A stretch of 64,000 nucleotides of DNA from the human T2T-CHM13v2.0 reference genome, Homo sapiens (GCF_009914755.1 NC_060933.1); one strand, 5' to 3'. Counted from the first letter of the stretch, positions 26,910 to 41,750 are shown. The notes: a model not told the origin generated them from the sequence alone. A program made the numbers and translations.

Positions 26910-28441
26910 CTGGGAAGTAAATATTTTCTCGTGTGTTATCAATATCAGAATCTCAGTACATTACCTGTTTTTGAAAGTGCACTTTTATTTCCAAGAGCTC
27001 CAACGTACGTTTCAACTTAGCCTGAACTCACTTGGGTAAAGAAACACAAAGTTTAACCTTCCATTTGGAAATAAAATCTCCTTTGCCAAGTCCAGGCTAC
27101 AGTCCAGGGGCAGATATTTCCACCAAAGGGCAAAACCTGCAATTTAGGTACCAGCCACTTGGCTGCACAAACCAAGCAGGTTTGATACATCTCATTAAGA
27201 GAACATTGATTTTCACATAAAATAACCTTTCACAGAACACACTGCATAGACATTTAACCCATCTTTTAGAAGACTGTTATCAATACGCACTTAACTAGGT
27301 CTCAGCTTTCTTTGCTATGCCAAGGCAAACATTACTGATTTCACTAAGGCTTTTTGGGTTTCAACCAACGTGACACCCGGCTGCAGATTCCAGGAGGTTG
27401 CTGGTTTCGTCTGATGTACTCCTCAACTGCTTCATTCCAGTTGCTCTTAGTCACCATTTGTCACCTGCTCTGTGTGCCTCTAAGGGCAACCTCTTCTCCT
27501 CCAAACTCCCTTCCTTCTTACACTTCCAGAGGAGCAGAAAGGAACATGGTCTGGGACTAAGCCTGGGGCAGTTTCCTCCCAGGAGAGAAAAGCCTGCCTT
27601 GGCAACTGCCCTGACTGTCCTTCCCGCCTCACTCCACTCCGAGTAGACACCAGCATTCTGTGGAGTGTCTCCGGTAACCTCTGCATCCTCCACAGGACCC
27701 TGGGATTTGATTGTTTCTCAAAAAGAGCTTGGTCTTCCCCCCACCCCGCCCCCGACCCCTTGGAGCATTTAAAACAAAATAATTCTTTAAACAGAAGTTC
27801 ATAGCTATTTCCTTACACAGTAGAAACATTTGAAATGAGCAAATCTTTTGGCATTTAAATAGAGTTCAGGGATGTGCCATGTGTGGGTAGAGGTTATGAA
27901 ACCATGTGAAGTTTTAGATATCGTAACTGAGATTCTCAAATGTAAATAGGCCTCAAAAACCCTGGGAGCACATTTTAAATGCGTACTGCCAGGCCTTACA
28001 CATACACACACATGCATACCCACAGATTCTGACTGCAAAGGTCTCAGATGAGGTTGTTGTCCTCATTTTTAACAAACACCAAGAAAGTTTTCACACACTT
28101 TGAGAAAAATGGTCTTAGGATGATAAGCAAAAATATATCAGAATAAGCTCTTGATGTTTTCAGGCTCTTTTCAGATTCAAATATCTACTCATCCTACCTT
28201 GGGTTACACATTGATATCTGCTCTCATTCTTAATTACCCCAAATTTCTGGACATTGGCATGCAAAAGGCAATACAGTAGCAGTTAGAAATTTAACAGCCA
28301 GAGTTCACAGGGTTGAATCTCCGCTCTACCACTTACTGGCTGTGTGTGATTTTAAGCGTAATGCCTCTGGCCCTGGTTTCCTTATCTATAAAATGGGGTT
28401 AATCAACCTACCTTATTAAGGGTGTGTGAACAGTTCTGGCA

Positions 28442-28648
28442 CAGTGCTGGCCAACAGAACTTTCCAAAATGATCCTGTGTCCTGTGTCTATATTGTCTAA
28501 TATGGTAGCCACTAGCCACATGTGGCTTCTTGGCCGCTTGAAATATGACTAGCGATACTGAAGAATTACATTGTAAAATTTATTTCATATTCATTAACTT
28601 AAATTGCCACGTGTGGCTAGTGCCTACTGTATTGAACAGCACAGCTCT
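28442..28648. mobile_element. MER3 (hAT-Charlie), within MIR
   Basis: cagtgctggccaacagaacttt...gtggctagtgcctactgtattgaacagcacagct. Confidence 0.75.
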
Positions 28649-28869
28649 GACTAAATGTCAGTTATTAACAATTTTGTTATTAGTTCCATTTTATCAATGA
28701 CCAGGTGGGGGTCAAAAGAGCTTCAGTTACTCACCTTAAGAAACGTGGGGATGGGACACACAACCTAAGTTTCTGGACTCAAATCCACTACTCTATTCGC
28801 ATACAAGAAAGAAATCACAGTTGCCCTCCTTCAGAAGACGTGATCCGTGTTGCAGAAATGGCTCCCTAC

Positions 28870-29039
28870 CTGAATCTGAAGCGAGAGCCCAGCCTGATAA
28901 AGTCGGATCTATTGGATTTGCTGTTTCCTGGCGTCCGCAGTCGGAAGAATGCGTGGTGCTCAACTGCACACTTCCAAAGGTGTTTGCAGGTCCTGGCACT
29001 GTCTAACCGGAACACAAACGTGTGCTCTTGCTCACGTCC
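28870..29039 (-). CDS. EPB41L4B: EPB41L4B exon 11 (170 nt): [56 protein letters not shown](S)
   Basis: tttaag|GGACGT...TTCAG|gtaggg; '[14 protein letters not shown]' end of FERM-C and 'LGSRFRFSGRT' FA-domain start; ORF track 28866-29057. Confidence 0.98.
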
Positions 29040-29132
29040 CTTAAAGAGGAAGCACAAGGGCCTCGAGTGGGCGTTTGCAACCCCAACACAGGATTTTCAC
29101 AGCAAGGGGGAAGAAATGGGAGCCAGGCCTAC

Positions 29133-29202
29133 CTGATCATCATCCTCGACCACCACGAGTGTCAATTTGCTCTTTTTAAAATCCATTTTGGTAATTTTAG
29201 GC
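29133..29202 (-). CDS. EPB41L4B: EPB41L4B exon 10 (70 nt): (W)PKITKMDFKKSKLTLVVVEDDDQ
   Basis: gactag|GCCT...GATCAG|gtaggc; 'WPKI' FERM-C motif. Confidence 0.97.
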
Positions 29203-29494
29203 CTAGTCAGACAGAAAGCATTTTAAAAGCACAATCTGCAGTAAAACTATCTACACATCAAATAGCAGTTTCCTTTCTACTTTTAAAGCTTAGACTAAAA
29301 AAAAAATAAAAACATTCATCCAAGTGTGATTATCCAGAAGTTTCAGCGCAACTGCCACAGACCCACAACAGCAGCACCGTGTGCTCTGAGGATGAATCTG
29401 GGTGTTGCAGATACCCCTCAATAATCATCCATCACATAGAATTCCACCACAAAATAGGAAAAGACATTTTTAATATTAGACAAAACTAAATTAC

Positions 29495-29583
29495 CAAAAG
29501 AATAAGCCTATTTTGTTAGCTCCTTCAAAGATTAATATGCCTGTCGGGGTCAGTCCAAGAGAATATTCACAGCCATCTCTTCC
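29495..29583 (-). CDS. EPB41L4B: EPB41L4B exon 9 (89 nt): [29 protein letters not shown](W)
   Basis: ttgtag|GGAAGA...TTTTG|gtaatt; FERM-C (PTB/PH-like) lobe. Confidence 0.97.
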
Positions 29584-29751
29584 CTACAAACAAACGAAGT
29601 GACAATCGGTAGAGGGTTCTAACAGGTCGTCACACAGCAGAATGCAAAATGCAAAAACAGTTTCCTCACCACAAGTTATTTTGTTTGCATAATGTTCATA
29701 CATTTTTCAGTAACAGCAAAACCAAATTACTTAAACGCACACAGTTCTTAC

Positions 29752-29839
29752 CCTGACAACGTGCATGTCTACCCCATACATTTCCAGCCACTTCGCTTTA
29801 TTCAGATAGGAGAGTTCCGCCTGGGCAGGGCTCTTTCCC
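29752..29839 (-). CDS. EPB41L4B: EPB41L4B exon 8 (88 nt): (R)[29 protein letters not shown]
   Basis: tctaag|GGGA...GTCAGG|gtaaga; FERM signature 'LEMYGVD'. Confidence 0.97.
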
Positions 29840-30019
29840 CTTAGAAAAACCAATGGAAATACATGTAAACTGCGACTCGTAAGCCCACAGGATTCTGAAG
29901 GGCACGGCCTTACTATGGAACGTTATGCAGCAATTAAAGCAATGAGGGATGCCAAATTATAGTAATACAAAAAGATTCCCAAGACCTTACTGTTAATTGA
30001 CTAGAAAGACCACAGAACA

Positions 30020-30341
<322 letters not shown>

Positions 30342-31071
30342 TTACAATATGATCACTTAAGGAAACAACAAAACAAGTTGTATATGTAAATGCAAAAGGA
30401 AAAGACTACAGGCTGCCAATGATGGCTTCCTGCAGGGAGGAGAGTGGATGTGTAAGTGTGTGGGTGGGGTGTGCCATACCCGCAGACATTTACGTTGTTT
30501 CAGTGTTACACAATGAGAATGGACTAATGCCACCTTCCACTAAAATAGTCACAGGAGCTTTTCAGAATGACTGAGGGATAAGAGAAAGTCATGCTAAGCT
30601 CCAGAGTCCAAGGGTGACCTGGAGGAGGCAGTGTTTGGGGAAGATGGGATGGGAGGGAGGAAAGGTTAACATCTAGGAAACCCGTGAGTGAGGGGTGGCG
30701 TTGGTAGTCCAGGCATGAAAGTGGTGCCTGCAGGGGGAATGGAGGGAAAAAACAAAGGGGATAAATGACACTGCTGGATTTAGGTATGATGATCACACTT
30801 CCTGAAATGTAACACTGTACAGCACACGGTCTCAAATATGTATGTTCCTATACAACAGGGTATATTTCTAAATTTAGGGCTTGTTTCAGAAGGTTCAGGC
30901 CCTGAGGTCCCAGAGATGCAGGTATGTGAGAGTGCCTGGGATGCCCTGGGGTGTCACTAAGACAGTGGTGGCTCCCCCATCCGCAATAAACAAATCAGAA
31001 CCAGGCTCTGTTTGCAGAGAGAGAAAAGGAGTGTGGTTTGGTTCTTGCTGCACATCTCTTAAGAGACAGAC

Positions 31072-31362
31072 GGCCAGGTGTGGTGGCTCCTGCCTGTAAT
31101 CCCAACACTTTGGGAGGCTGAGGTGGGACAATCACTTGAGCTCAGGAGTTTGAGACCAGCCTAGGCAACGTGGTGAAACCTCATCTCTGCAAAAAATAGA
31201 AAAATGAGCCAGGCATGGTGGTATACGCCTATAATCCCAGCTGCTCGGGAGGCTGAGGCAGGAGGATTGCTTGAGCATTGGGAGGTCGAGGATTCAGTGA
31301 GCCAACATAGTGCCACTGCACTCTGGCCTGGGCAACAGAGCGAGACTCTCTCAAAAATAAAA
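31072..31362 (+). mobile_element. AluJ
   Basis: full body. Confidence 0.9.
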
Positions 31363-31535
31363 AGGACAAGATGTGGGCCTTTGGAAAAACAGGACTGACA
31401 CAAGGAGAGAAGAGTTGGCGCTGCAGTTTTATGGCCATCAACAGAACAATTCTACTGGTAGATAAAGGAGTGTGATCAACACTTATTTATGACAAAATAG
31501 ATACATCAGAATGCTAGACGGTTGCATCAAGGTAC

Positions 31536-31656
31536 CTGCACTCTTTCCATCTCTGGAAGATATCAAATTCCATTGCTTCTGTCTGATTTGGAATGAACCG
31601 AAACTCAGACACAAGCTCTGGTGTGTGTTCTGGAAGCTCGCACTCCCCAAGCTCCG
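31536..31656 (-). CDS. EPB41L4B: EPB41L4B exon 7 (121 nt): (A)[39 protein letters not shown](R)
   Basis: ttacag|CGGAG...TGCAG|gtacct; phase 1-2; FERM-M. Confidence 0.97.
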
Positions 31657-32444
31657 CTGTAAGTTTCATAAAAGGGAGGAAAATAGGAGACATTGAATGA
31701 TTTCAGTTATTGCTGCAACCAGGTCCAAAGGCATTTTGCATCATTACAAAGCACAGCCCCCCGCCCCAATGTATAACTCTCTCCTTTCGGGGAGACTTAA
31801 CTCTCACTTGGGTAGTCATATGTACACTCAAAATCCTAGAAGCATTCTAATGTCCTCCCTGTTGGGTGATACAGCATCATCCTAGTTATTACTGTCTTTC
31901 TCTCCACTGTTGTTCCCACCCAGGGAAGCACCAGTTACATTTTCCCCACGAAGGGGTAGAACCCTGAATTTGCAATAAAAGGCAATTGCAGGGAATGAGG
32001 ATCTGCCCAGAAACATCCATTTAACAAGCCTCTCGTTAAGAGTAGGTCAGAGCAGCACTTCAGGGTCTGCAGTGCTGGAGAGGATAGATCAAGAATTCGG
32101 CACATGCAGCATCCAGGGGGAAAGTAGGAAGGGGAGGGAGAGGCAGAGCGAGAGGGAGGCAGGGAGGAGGGGTGCGAGGGCTGCAGGAGCAACTGCGGGA
32201 AGTCAGGCAGAACCTGGGAGGGAGACAGCTGTGCAGAAAGGAGGGAGGAGCAGCCACACGAGTGATCCGAGCAAGAAGCCCAATTTGTGCTGCAATTTGT
32301 GCTGCCCTTGCCAAGTCCCCCACAGGATGGAGGGCCTGAGGATACAGGTGGCCCCCTCCTCCAGGGATGATGAGAAAATCCACTCTCCCCCACCCCCTGC
32401 AGCTCAGGAAGCAGACCCCAGAATGAAAAGGAATCCTCTAGAGT

Positions 32445-32815
32445 TCCCTCTAACACTAGGCTACACCAAGTGTGGACCACACACCAATAGTACTGCCATC
32501 CCCTGGGAGCTTGCCCAAAACGCAGAACCTGAAACCCCACCCCAGACCTATTCAAGCAAAACCTGCCTTTTAACAAGATGCCCAGGTCACAGGCCTGCCC
32601 ATTTGTTGGAAAAATCACTGATGTATAATAGTGGCTTTCGAATTTGGGTGCGCATCAGAATCACCTGGTGAGCTGGTTAAAATGCACATCACTGGGCCCC
32701 GCCCCCAGAGTTTTTGAATCCCTAGGTCTGGAACCCGGCCTAAGAACTGGCTTTTCTAACAAGTCCCCATGTGATGCTAATGTGGCGACCCTGGAAAACA
32801 CTTTAAGAACCTCTG
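32445..32815. mobile_element. Two adjacent MER5-type elements
   Basis: catcagaatcacctgg...gggccccgcccccagag...ttctaacaagtccccatgtgatgct. Confidence 0.7.
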
Positions 32816-33427
32816 CTGCACACATCAGATCCCATCAACTAACACTTCACTCAATTTGCAATCTCTGCAGCCAGGCCTCAGCTCTAGGAGGCCGTGGAGG
32901 GTGGTGGAAACAGCTCAGACACAAGAGGACCTGGATCCCAACCCTATCATAATCTATCTATGTGACTGCAGGCAAGTCACTTAACATCTCTGGGTCTCCG
33001 GTGCCTGATTTGTAAAATGGGAATTGTTACAAGAATGAAAAAGGAGCACAGGCATGCAACAGATGAGTGGCCTATTAGTTCTCCCTTCTTTTCCTTTTAC
33101 CTGGTTTAATTTTTAAATCCACCACAAATTTAGTTCCCAAAAGAGCACAGCCTCCCTGCAGGGCCACTGTATCACAACTCAGGAGGCATCGAGGACAACC
33201 ACAGCAAGACATGTCTTCAAGGCTCAAGCACAGGAGGAAACACAACCCTTCATTTTATTCAAACCTACAGAGATGCTCTAGTGATCCTTAGAGTCCCAGA
33301 CAAGCTAGCTCAGCTGTGGGTGAGGTGGAAAGCAGACTGTAGCATTTACTCATGGAATGGGGTTGGGGAGAGGGGGCACGGAGGGACAATGTAACAAGAG
33401 CCTCGCCTTGTGTCTAAATCTTCAGTG

Positions 33428-33747
<320 letters not shown>

Positions 33748-33755
33748 TGACATAA

Positions 33756-34072
<317 letters not shown>

Positions 34073-34769
34073 AACAATTGTATCTTAAAATCACACTGAC
34101 ATTATGATTTCAGCTCAAAGGATAATTTCTCCAAGAACGGTCACAGAGAACTGACCTTATTTGTGTCTGTCTCGGCTCTGGGGCAAGGTTTTGGTTCTAC
34201 ACTACTCTGTTAAGTGTGGTGAGGGCTTCATTGCAATGGGGTGGGATGGTAATACGTGCACCTCATCCTCTGATCTTTCAGGACAACGTACAAGCTTGCA
34301 ATATTGTGCCAATGGCTTTAGGAGGAAACCTTTCCAGTGGATTAATGGCCTTCCGTCTCTTTTGTCTCATTCGTGACACCCTGACATCTACTGCTGGGCT
34401 GTCAAGCCTGATGGTGTGACCTCTGGCAGCTCAGGAACTCTGGGGTAGAGGAAAGCCACTTGCTAAGTGGGTGAGTGGCCGGAGTGCGGAGGCCACGGCC
34501 ATGTTCTCCAAGCCATGCCTGTCGTTATAGCACTTGCCATAAAGACTGTCATATCAGAAAAATACATCGGAAGCACTGAGCACTGTATTTGGCACAGATG
34601 GCTATAGATGACATTACCATCAACTCTACCACCAGTTTAAAGGTTCTGCCTTTAAAGTTCTTGGCGGGGGTGGGGTGAGGGGGGTCTCTCCAATTTCAAT
34701 AATTCAACTCACTCTGCACTTACCAAGCATCTACTATATGCCAAGTCCCCATTAGATAATAAGAATTAA

Positions 34770-34858
34770 GAGTCTGGGTGCGGTTGCTCATGCCTGTAAT
34801 CTCAGTGCTTTGGGAGGCTGAGGTGGGAGGATCGCTTGAGGCCAGGAGTTCAAGACAA
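34770..34858 (+). mobile_element. Alu left-arm fragment
   Basis: ctgggtgcggttgctcatgcctgtaat...ggccaggagttcaagac. Confidence 0.8.
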
Positions 34859-35559
34859 CAGGAATTAAAAGGTGACTGAAGAATAGAAGTTTCAGGTAAT
34901 GGGAGCATCCTACGGTCATTAAAAACCATCTCTATGAGTGTACACATGACAAAATACACATACTAAAAATACCAAGTAAAAAAAATTATACAAAAATTTG
35001 CAGATGACTGATCAAAATAACATTTTCAAAAGTCCACTCAAAACTCATAGCTAGAAATTCTGGTTGCCTGTGGGTGGTAGGACAGTGGGTTCCTTCCTTC
35101 CTTATGCTTGTCTTATTGGTGGGTTGTTGTCCTGATATTCTGTAGTAAGTGTGTACTAATTTTATAATTTGAAAAAACCTCTCAGTTCCACTTTTAAAAA
35201 CTGGCCAAATACAAAAGTGAGAAGTCAATTCTCATTATGGTATTCATAAGTAATTACTAATTATGAATGAATATGTCATAATCCATAATCCAGTAGAAGC
35301 TGATGAACATGCTGGCAAATGAGTGCACAACATATGTCTATCTGATGTACTAATGAAATCCCGGATATGCAGTTACACATTAGTATTCTCTTAATTAGTG
35401 CTAGAGACTTTAGCAAGTGTTTCTTCTGCATCCGAAACTACACACCACCAGGGCATCACACAGATAAACGGCCAATGCTGACAATCATGCAGGCAGACCT
35501 CTTACCATCCAGTTCCCACTCACATGCAAAAATACCCTTTGCACCCCACCAGTCCTGAC

Positions 35560-35806
35560 ATTAATGCTTCCAGTCTGACCTCTCTGAGTGAGCCAGATTC
35601 AGGTACTCAAGAACCTGCTGGAGCTTCTAGAACCTCTTAGTCAAGGGACCCAACACAGACCATTTCCTCCACCAGAGTCCACCTCTTCTAACCTCTATCC
35701 ATCCCCAGAAACAGCCTGAGAATCATCTCAAACTCCTCCCTCAACACCTAAGTCTAATCACCAAGTCCTTCTCCTTGTACTGCCAATGCTATTTCTTGGT
35801 GTGTGT

Positions 35807-35840
<34 letters not shown>

Positions 35841-36365
35841 AAACCCCTGCCCTAGTTAGTTTCCTTTCCCTTCTATTACAGCAGCACCTCCTCACTGGAC
35901 TCCCAGTCCCAGTCTTGGTCCTGCTCTGATCCCTTCTCCCCATATAGCCAACGTGGCCTTTCTAAAGTGCATATCCGGCCAGGCCTGCTCCCTCTTAAGA
36001 GCTTTCAAAGGTGTCACTGCTGACTGCATGAAATTCTTTCTCTTTAAATGGGGCCCGAGGTCATCCACCTGTCCAAATGCTTGAACTTCACTCTGTAGCA
36101 TCACTCAACTGCTGCTAACCTCTCTGCACTTTTGTGCCTTGGTTCCTTGACTCATGGTCTTCTCATCCCCACAATGGGCCTTCCTTGTCCAAACCTCCTG
36201 CACGTCTCTGTTCCTGAAGGAACTGCACTGCAGTCCTTGCTACTCCTTGCCTTCCTCACTGGACTGCACGCCACTTGGGGACAGAGACCGTGTCATATTC
36301 ATTTATATCCCCAAAGCTAAGCACTGGGCCTGGTATACTGTGGACACTCATTTGTTGAAATAAAA
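35560..36365. mobile_element. L2 fragments containing a (TG)n microsatellite at 35799-35839
   Basis: pyrimidine-rich L2 3' region ending catttgttgaaataaa. Confidence 0.6.
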
Positions 36366-36409
36366 AGCAATAACATTAAAATGCTAATTACTACTAAAGA
36401 TTAATGTAC

Positions 36410-36462
36410 CTTGTAGACAGAGAGCAGCTAATTCCACAGCTGTTTCATAAGGGCATTTCAAT
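36410..36462 (-). CDS. EPB41L4B: EPB41L4B exon 6 (53 nt): (K)LKCPYETAVELAALCLQ(A)
   Basis: tttcaag|ATTG...CAAG|gtacat; FERM-M helix; phase 2-1. Confidence 0.96.
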
Positions 36463-37386
36463 CTTGAAAAAAATAAAATGAAATTAATTCGAAATAGGAA
36501 CTTAAGTACAACCATACAAAATGTCATTAAAATCATTTTTCAAAAGGTAGCGATATTTAGATAATGACTTGTATTCTTAGTCATATTTTTGCTGTCTACA
36601 TTAAAGAATGCAACAAGCGACTTGCACTACAAATTTCCCAAAGTCAATTCTCATCATAGGGCAAAATAACCCAATGTAGGTATAGTTTCTATCAATCGTG
36701 TACAATTTTACTGAATTTGGCAAGAATGGAAAAGTTTGGAAAACAGAATGAAAAGTATTCCCTTTGCCTTATTATTTTTAAACATATTTTAAATTTATTT
36801 TATCTTGATATAGTACATGCATCTTTTTTAAAGCTGCCTTCAAATCTTTCTTGAAACAAGGTCATAGCGTTAAAAATAAACACACAGACACCATATCGAA
36901 CACTGCCAGCATGGCTGGATACACTCAGCATTCTAAGTCTATCTAAGGCACAGCCATAGAAGAGTACTACTGCAAATTCAGTGATCTCATTCATACGTAA
37001 TATTTCAAATTTGGTTAGAAAAATAATAATGACATACATTGGTATAGCACTTCATAGTTTTCAAAGCCTTTTCATTTATATTATCCAATTTGGTCAATGC
37101 ATCAAGTTTGTAAACCTTTAGGATAGGTGTTGCCAGTGAGCCCCCCCGACCCATCTCCCATTATATAGATGAGGAACTCAGTGTTAAGGGCTCTTGCCCC
37201 AGGTCATCCAGCTGGAAAGGAGCAATGTTGGGACTTGAACACCATTCTGCTTTGAAATACAAAGCAGGCTAAACTGCATGTAAACTACAAAGTACTGTAC
37301 AAATGCAAGGTGTTGCCATTAATATTTTTCCAAACCGAAGACAATTTCTAGAGTTACACAGCCTTTAGTATGAGGAGCACAGTATG

Positions 37387-37425
37387 GAGAGAGAGAGGTA
37401 GAGAGAGAGAGAGAGAGGGAGAGAG
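37387..37425. repeat. (AG)n microsatellite, interrupted
   Basis: direct. Confidence 0.85.
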
Positions 37426-38339
37426 GATTAAAAAAAAGTACACACACTCATAATACACACACCAACCAAAGGTCTGTATTGCACGGCTGAATAAGGCAAA
37501 TGTATACACTGTACAATCTACTTGTTCTATTGGTCTATGGAGTACATTTCACTGAGGTTTTTATAGCACATATTCTATGGAGAGTTTGCAAATTCGGAAA
37601 TTACATATTTAATTTCCTTCAGATTATATTCAAAATCAGAACGTATTCTTTTCAATAGCAGGGGTTACTTTTTAGACTCAATATAGCCTTAGTTTTTCAT
37701 GTAATAGAAAATATTCAATACAGATGCTGAAAAATGACACAGTTATAAGAGCTATGCCTGTTGAAACCTCTTATCTTTACGGTAAATTAAGACTGCATGC
37801 GAAATCAACCACTTCAGTGCCAATGCTTCTTATACTCAATGATCACTGTGTGCTGCCAGAGGCCTAGTATTTCAAAGCCATTTTTAAGAGGAGAAAAGGA
37901 AGTGAGATGAGATGTCTAAAACTTTCTACTGGAATCAGAACATAACCTCTTTCCATTACATATATGCAGATGGTGATGAATGACACTTTTTGACTGTCCA
38001 AATACTTGTAAGTGTATACATACTAATAACGTATCTTGCTTGCAAATACGACAAAAGCCATTATGAATGGGACAGTGATGTGATCAGGGAGAGAGTTATT
38101 CCCAAATACACATCACTTAAGATATTAAATGGTCTTGGAAATGCTTCAAGCCATATAGTAATCATTTAAAATAGGATGATAATGACAGTGATACAAGTAT
38201 TAGACTCACTTTACAATGCCTGGTGCACTTTTTTTGAATTTTGAAAAGGGAACAAGGGTAAAAGAGTTAAAACAGTGAATTATTTTGAAATACACTATGA
38301 TCTATCCTGGGTTAAGAGTTAGAACAAAAACATACTTAC

Positions 38340-38384
38340 TTTCCAGAAAGAATGTCATGCCTGAGTTGTAAAACAAACAGGTAC
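38340..38384 (-). CDS. EPB41L4B: EPB41L4B exon 5 (45 nt): (R)YLFVLQLRHDILSG(K)
   Basis: tgtcag|GTAC...GGAAA|gtaagt; FERM-M start; phase 2-2. Confidence 0.97.
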
Positions 38385-38905
38385 CTGACAAACATATACA
38401 AAAGTCAACAGAGGGTAACTCTTTCCCAGCTGCTCCCAATCCCCAGCTTCCCACTGCAAACCCCACCCCACACACAGCATGGAGTTTTGCATTGTAAAAA
38501 AGGAGTCCAAATCAAATGAGAACTTTGGTGGAAGCATCTCCTCTTGGGTCTCCAGGAAGGCATCCCAGAACCACGCTAGGAAGGTGAGTGCATGTGGGGA
38601 ACTCGCAAGATACTTGTAGGATGGAACGTGATACACGTCATGGTCCAATGACGGCCTCCACAACCCCCTCCGTGCTGGAGAAGAGAGCCGAACGTGGCAC
38701 ATGGGCATGCAACATGTCCAATAACCCAGGTAGGGTGGGGCCACGGGGTCTGGCTCTCAGCCAGCTCCACCAGCGGATTCCAGATCTGCTGCGGTGGATT
38801 GTAACAAAAAGTTTGCAGCTGATTCTAGTCAAAAAACCACTGGGGGTTCTTTTCCCCTGATGCAGTGTAACTGCAGACTCTTTTAAAACACAAAACAGGC
38901 ACAGG

Positions 38906-38934
38906 CACACAAACACACACACACACACACACAC
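38906..38934. repeat. (CA)n microsatellite = (UG)n in pre-mRNA
   Basis: direct. Confidence 0.9.
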
Positions 38935-39536
38935 GAAACAAGAAAAATCCTGGCACTGGACTGCAAATGGTTAGAGGGGTAACAAAAAATGAGAAAGAAG
39001 CCAGCAAATAACACGCATGGGGTTTACTCAAGTAAAAAAATAAATGTCTTGGCTTAAATAAGAGGGGTATCTTTTGTTTGTTTTTTACCAGGAGGATGTA
39101 GGCATCAGAACCACTCACAATGCTTTGTAAAAACCAAAACTGCCTGTGCTCTGCTCCCTACCTATGGAAACAGAATCCTACACACAAGAGTGGCCCCCAG
39201 GAATCTGAGCTGTTCAAAAGCTTCCCAGGTGTTTCTGATTCACACAACCTGGGTTAAAAACCAATCGCTTTGATGACAGCTAGAAGCAGCATTCATAGAG
39301 GACTCTGAGGAGCAACACTAGAATGACTGTTTGCCAGAAATCAAGGAGATCGGGCGTGCTGAAGGTTCTAGTACATTCCAGAATGTTCCTGCTTCCTGAC
39401 AGGTGTTTGGCCACCACTGAACTTCACTTCTGAATGTCAGGATACCATCTTGTATACTCATCTCACAAGAGACACAGTATAAACATGGCCAGAACTCTTG
39501 ATTCCTATAAGAAAAACTAACCATAGCAGCCTAGCA

Positions 39537-39780
<244 letters not shown>

Positions 39781-39969
39781 TTAAGGCATTATTTAGGGGT
39801 CATCTCCCTAAGAACCACCCAGCAGCCTACATAGCCTATATGTCACCACTGCAGTCCATCACACAAACAACGACAAGGAGGCTCTGGGGATATCAAAAGC
39901 AGGAAAAGGCTTTGTAGAGAATTTCACTGATGGAAAAGGGTAGAGGGAAACTCCACATTTAAAATGTTA

Positions 39970-40390
<421 letters not shown>

Positions 40391-40832
40391 TTAACAACTT
40401 TGCTATAATTACTCTGTTTTTCTTAAAGAGGTTCCTTGTATTGTAACAATCAAGAGAATATTTTGCAATCTCTTAAAACATAAGATGGCGATTAAGGACT
40501 GAGAAATGCTTTTCCAATATCTGCCTTCCCTTTTTGTAGTTGAGATAAAAATAAAACGCCGCAGAGCAACCAATTAATTTACCCAGGGTCCAAGAAAATA
40601 GAAGTGTGACAAGAAAATGTATCTTCTAATTTCTATTCACTCAGAAAAATGTCAAATTAAGCAAAGTTGTGGATTTTTAACGGAACACGGAAGCACCGGA
40701 AAAGTACTAATAACTCTTGCTGAGAAATAGACAGCAGACAGAAGAAGAGGCAAACCCACAATTGAGAAGAGCCATAAATGACATGTAAGGCAAGCCCTGC
40801 TGGGCGGGAGCTTGTTCTGCATCGTGGCCTAC

Positions 40833-40911
40833 CTTGTAAACTCCTCACGAAGGTTGTTTGGTTCTGAAGAATAGTATTTAACTCGAAAGTGTAAAGCATA
40901 AGCAGGTCCAA
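40833..40911 (-). CDS. EPB41L4B: EPB41L4B exon 4 (79 nt): (I)[25 protein letters not shown](R)
   Basis: tttag|TTGGA...ACAAG|gtaggc; FERM 'FRVKY' motif; phase 1-2. Confidence 0.97.
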
Positions 40912-41750
40912 CTAAACATTTGGAGATGGAAGGTTGAAGATGTTTTTCCCCCAGTTTTGAAGATCACAGGATGGACAAAAGGGAAAGCACGTTAAATCTA
41001 TAACATTTAGCACAACATCAGGACAGCATAACTGGGCACGCGACACTAGCCAATTCTTTTCAGTCCTCATCAGGGAAACTGAGATGGATGGACTTTTGTG
41101 CTGACTAAGATAGTTTAGCTAGTAACCTCATTCCAGGAGAAAAACCCTAGTGATTTAGACAGATTACTAAAAGCTGACATTTTATTTTCACCCCTGATGC
41201 CACAATACTCCAAACTGACAGCTAGTTTTTACAAAGTACAAAGGCTAAAGGAAAGTGATGCAAAGTGTTCTGTTCTCTAAAAATACTTTAAAGTACTTTT
41301 AAGAGAATATGAATTTTTAAAAATTACCCAAGCATAAACAACATTAAAAAATGTGGTTTCCACACCTGTACATTGAGAAAGCTGTAGCAGACTATCAAAG
41401 AGCCCTCCTACTCTCTCATCCTCTGAGTCTATGTTGTAACTCATTAGAAGTAGATATAATAGGTATAAAGCTGAGTTTCTGAATAGCAGGTTAATCAGTT
41501 CTCATTGGCAGAGGCGTCTGATTTCAAATGAGAGCACAGTTGGTTTTTCAATATCCACTAAACATTTTTATTCAAATTTTAAACTCTCATCTTTGGCTAG
41601 CCTTAAGAAATTAAAAATCATCCACTTAATACCGAATTGATTTTTAAAATGCTTCCAAGTTCTAATGAAAACATAACACCTCAAAACACTGGCAAAGGAG
41701 TTTACTCTCAGAAAAAAAATAAATGAGTGAGCTAAATTCTGCTTACTTAC

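Noticed and set aside
31935-32671. 227-aa and 199-aa overlapping ORFs
   Set aside because: Low-complexity GC-rich sequence running into MER5 elements; no homology recognisable
41741-41750. Tandem +4 donor gtaagtaag at exon 3 (similar at exon 5)
   Set aside because: Common by-product of the GTAAGT consensus; no evidence of use
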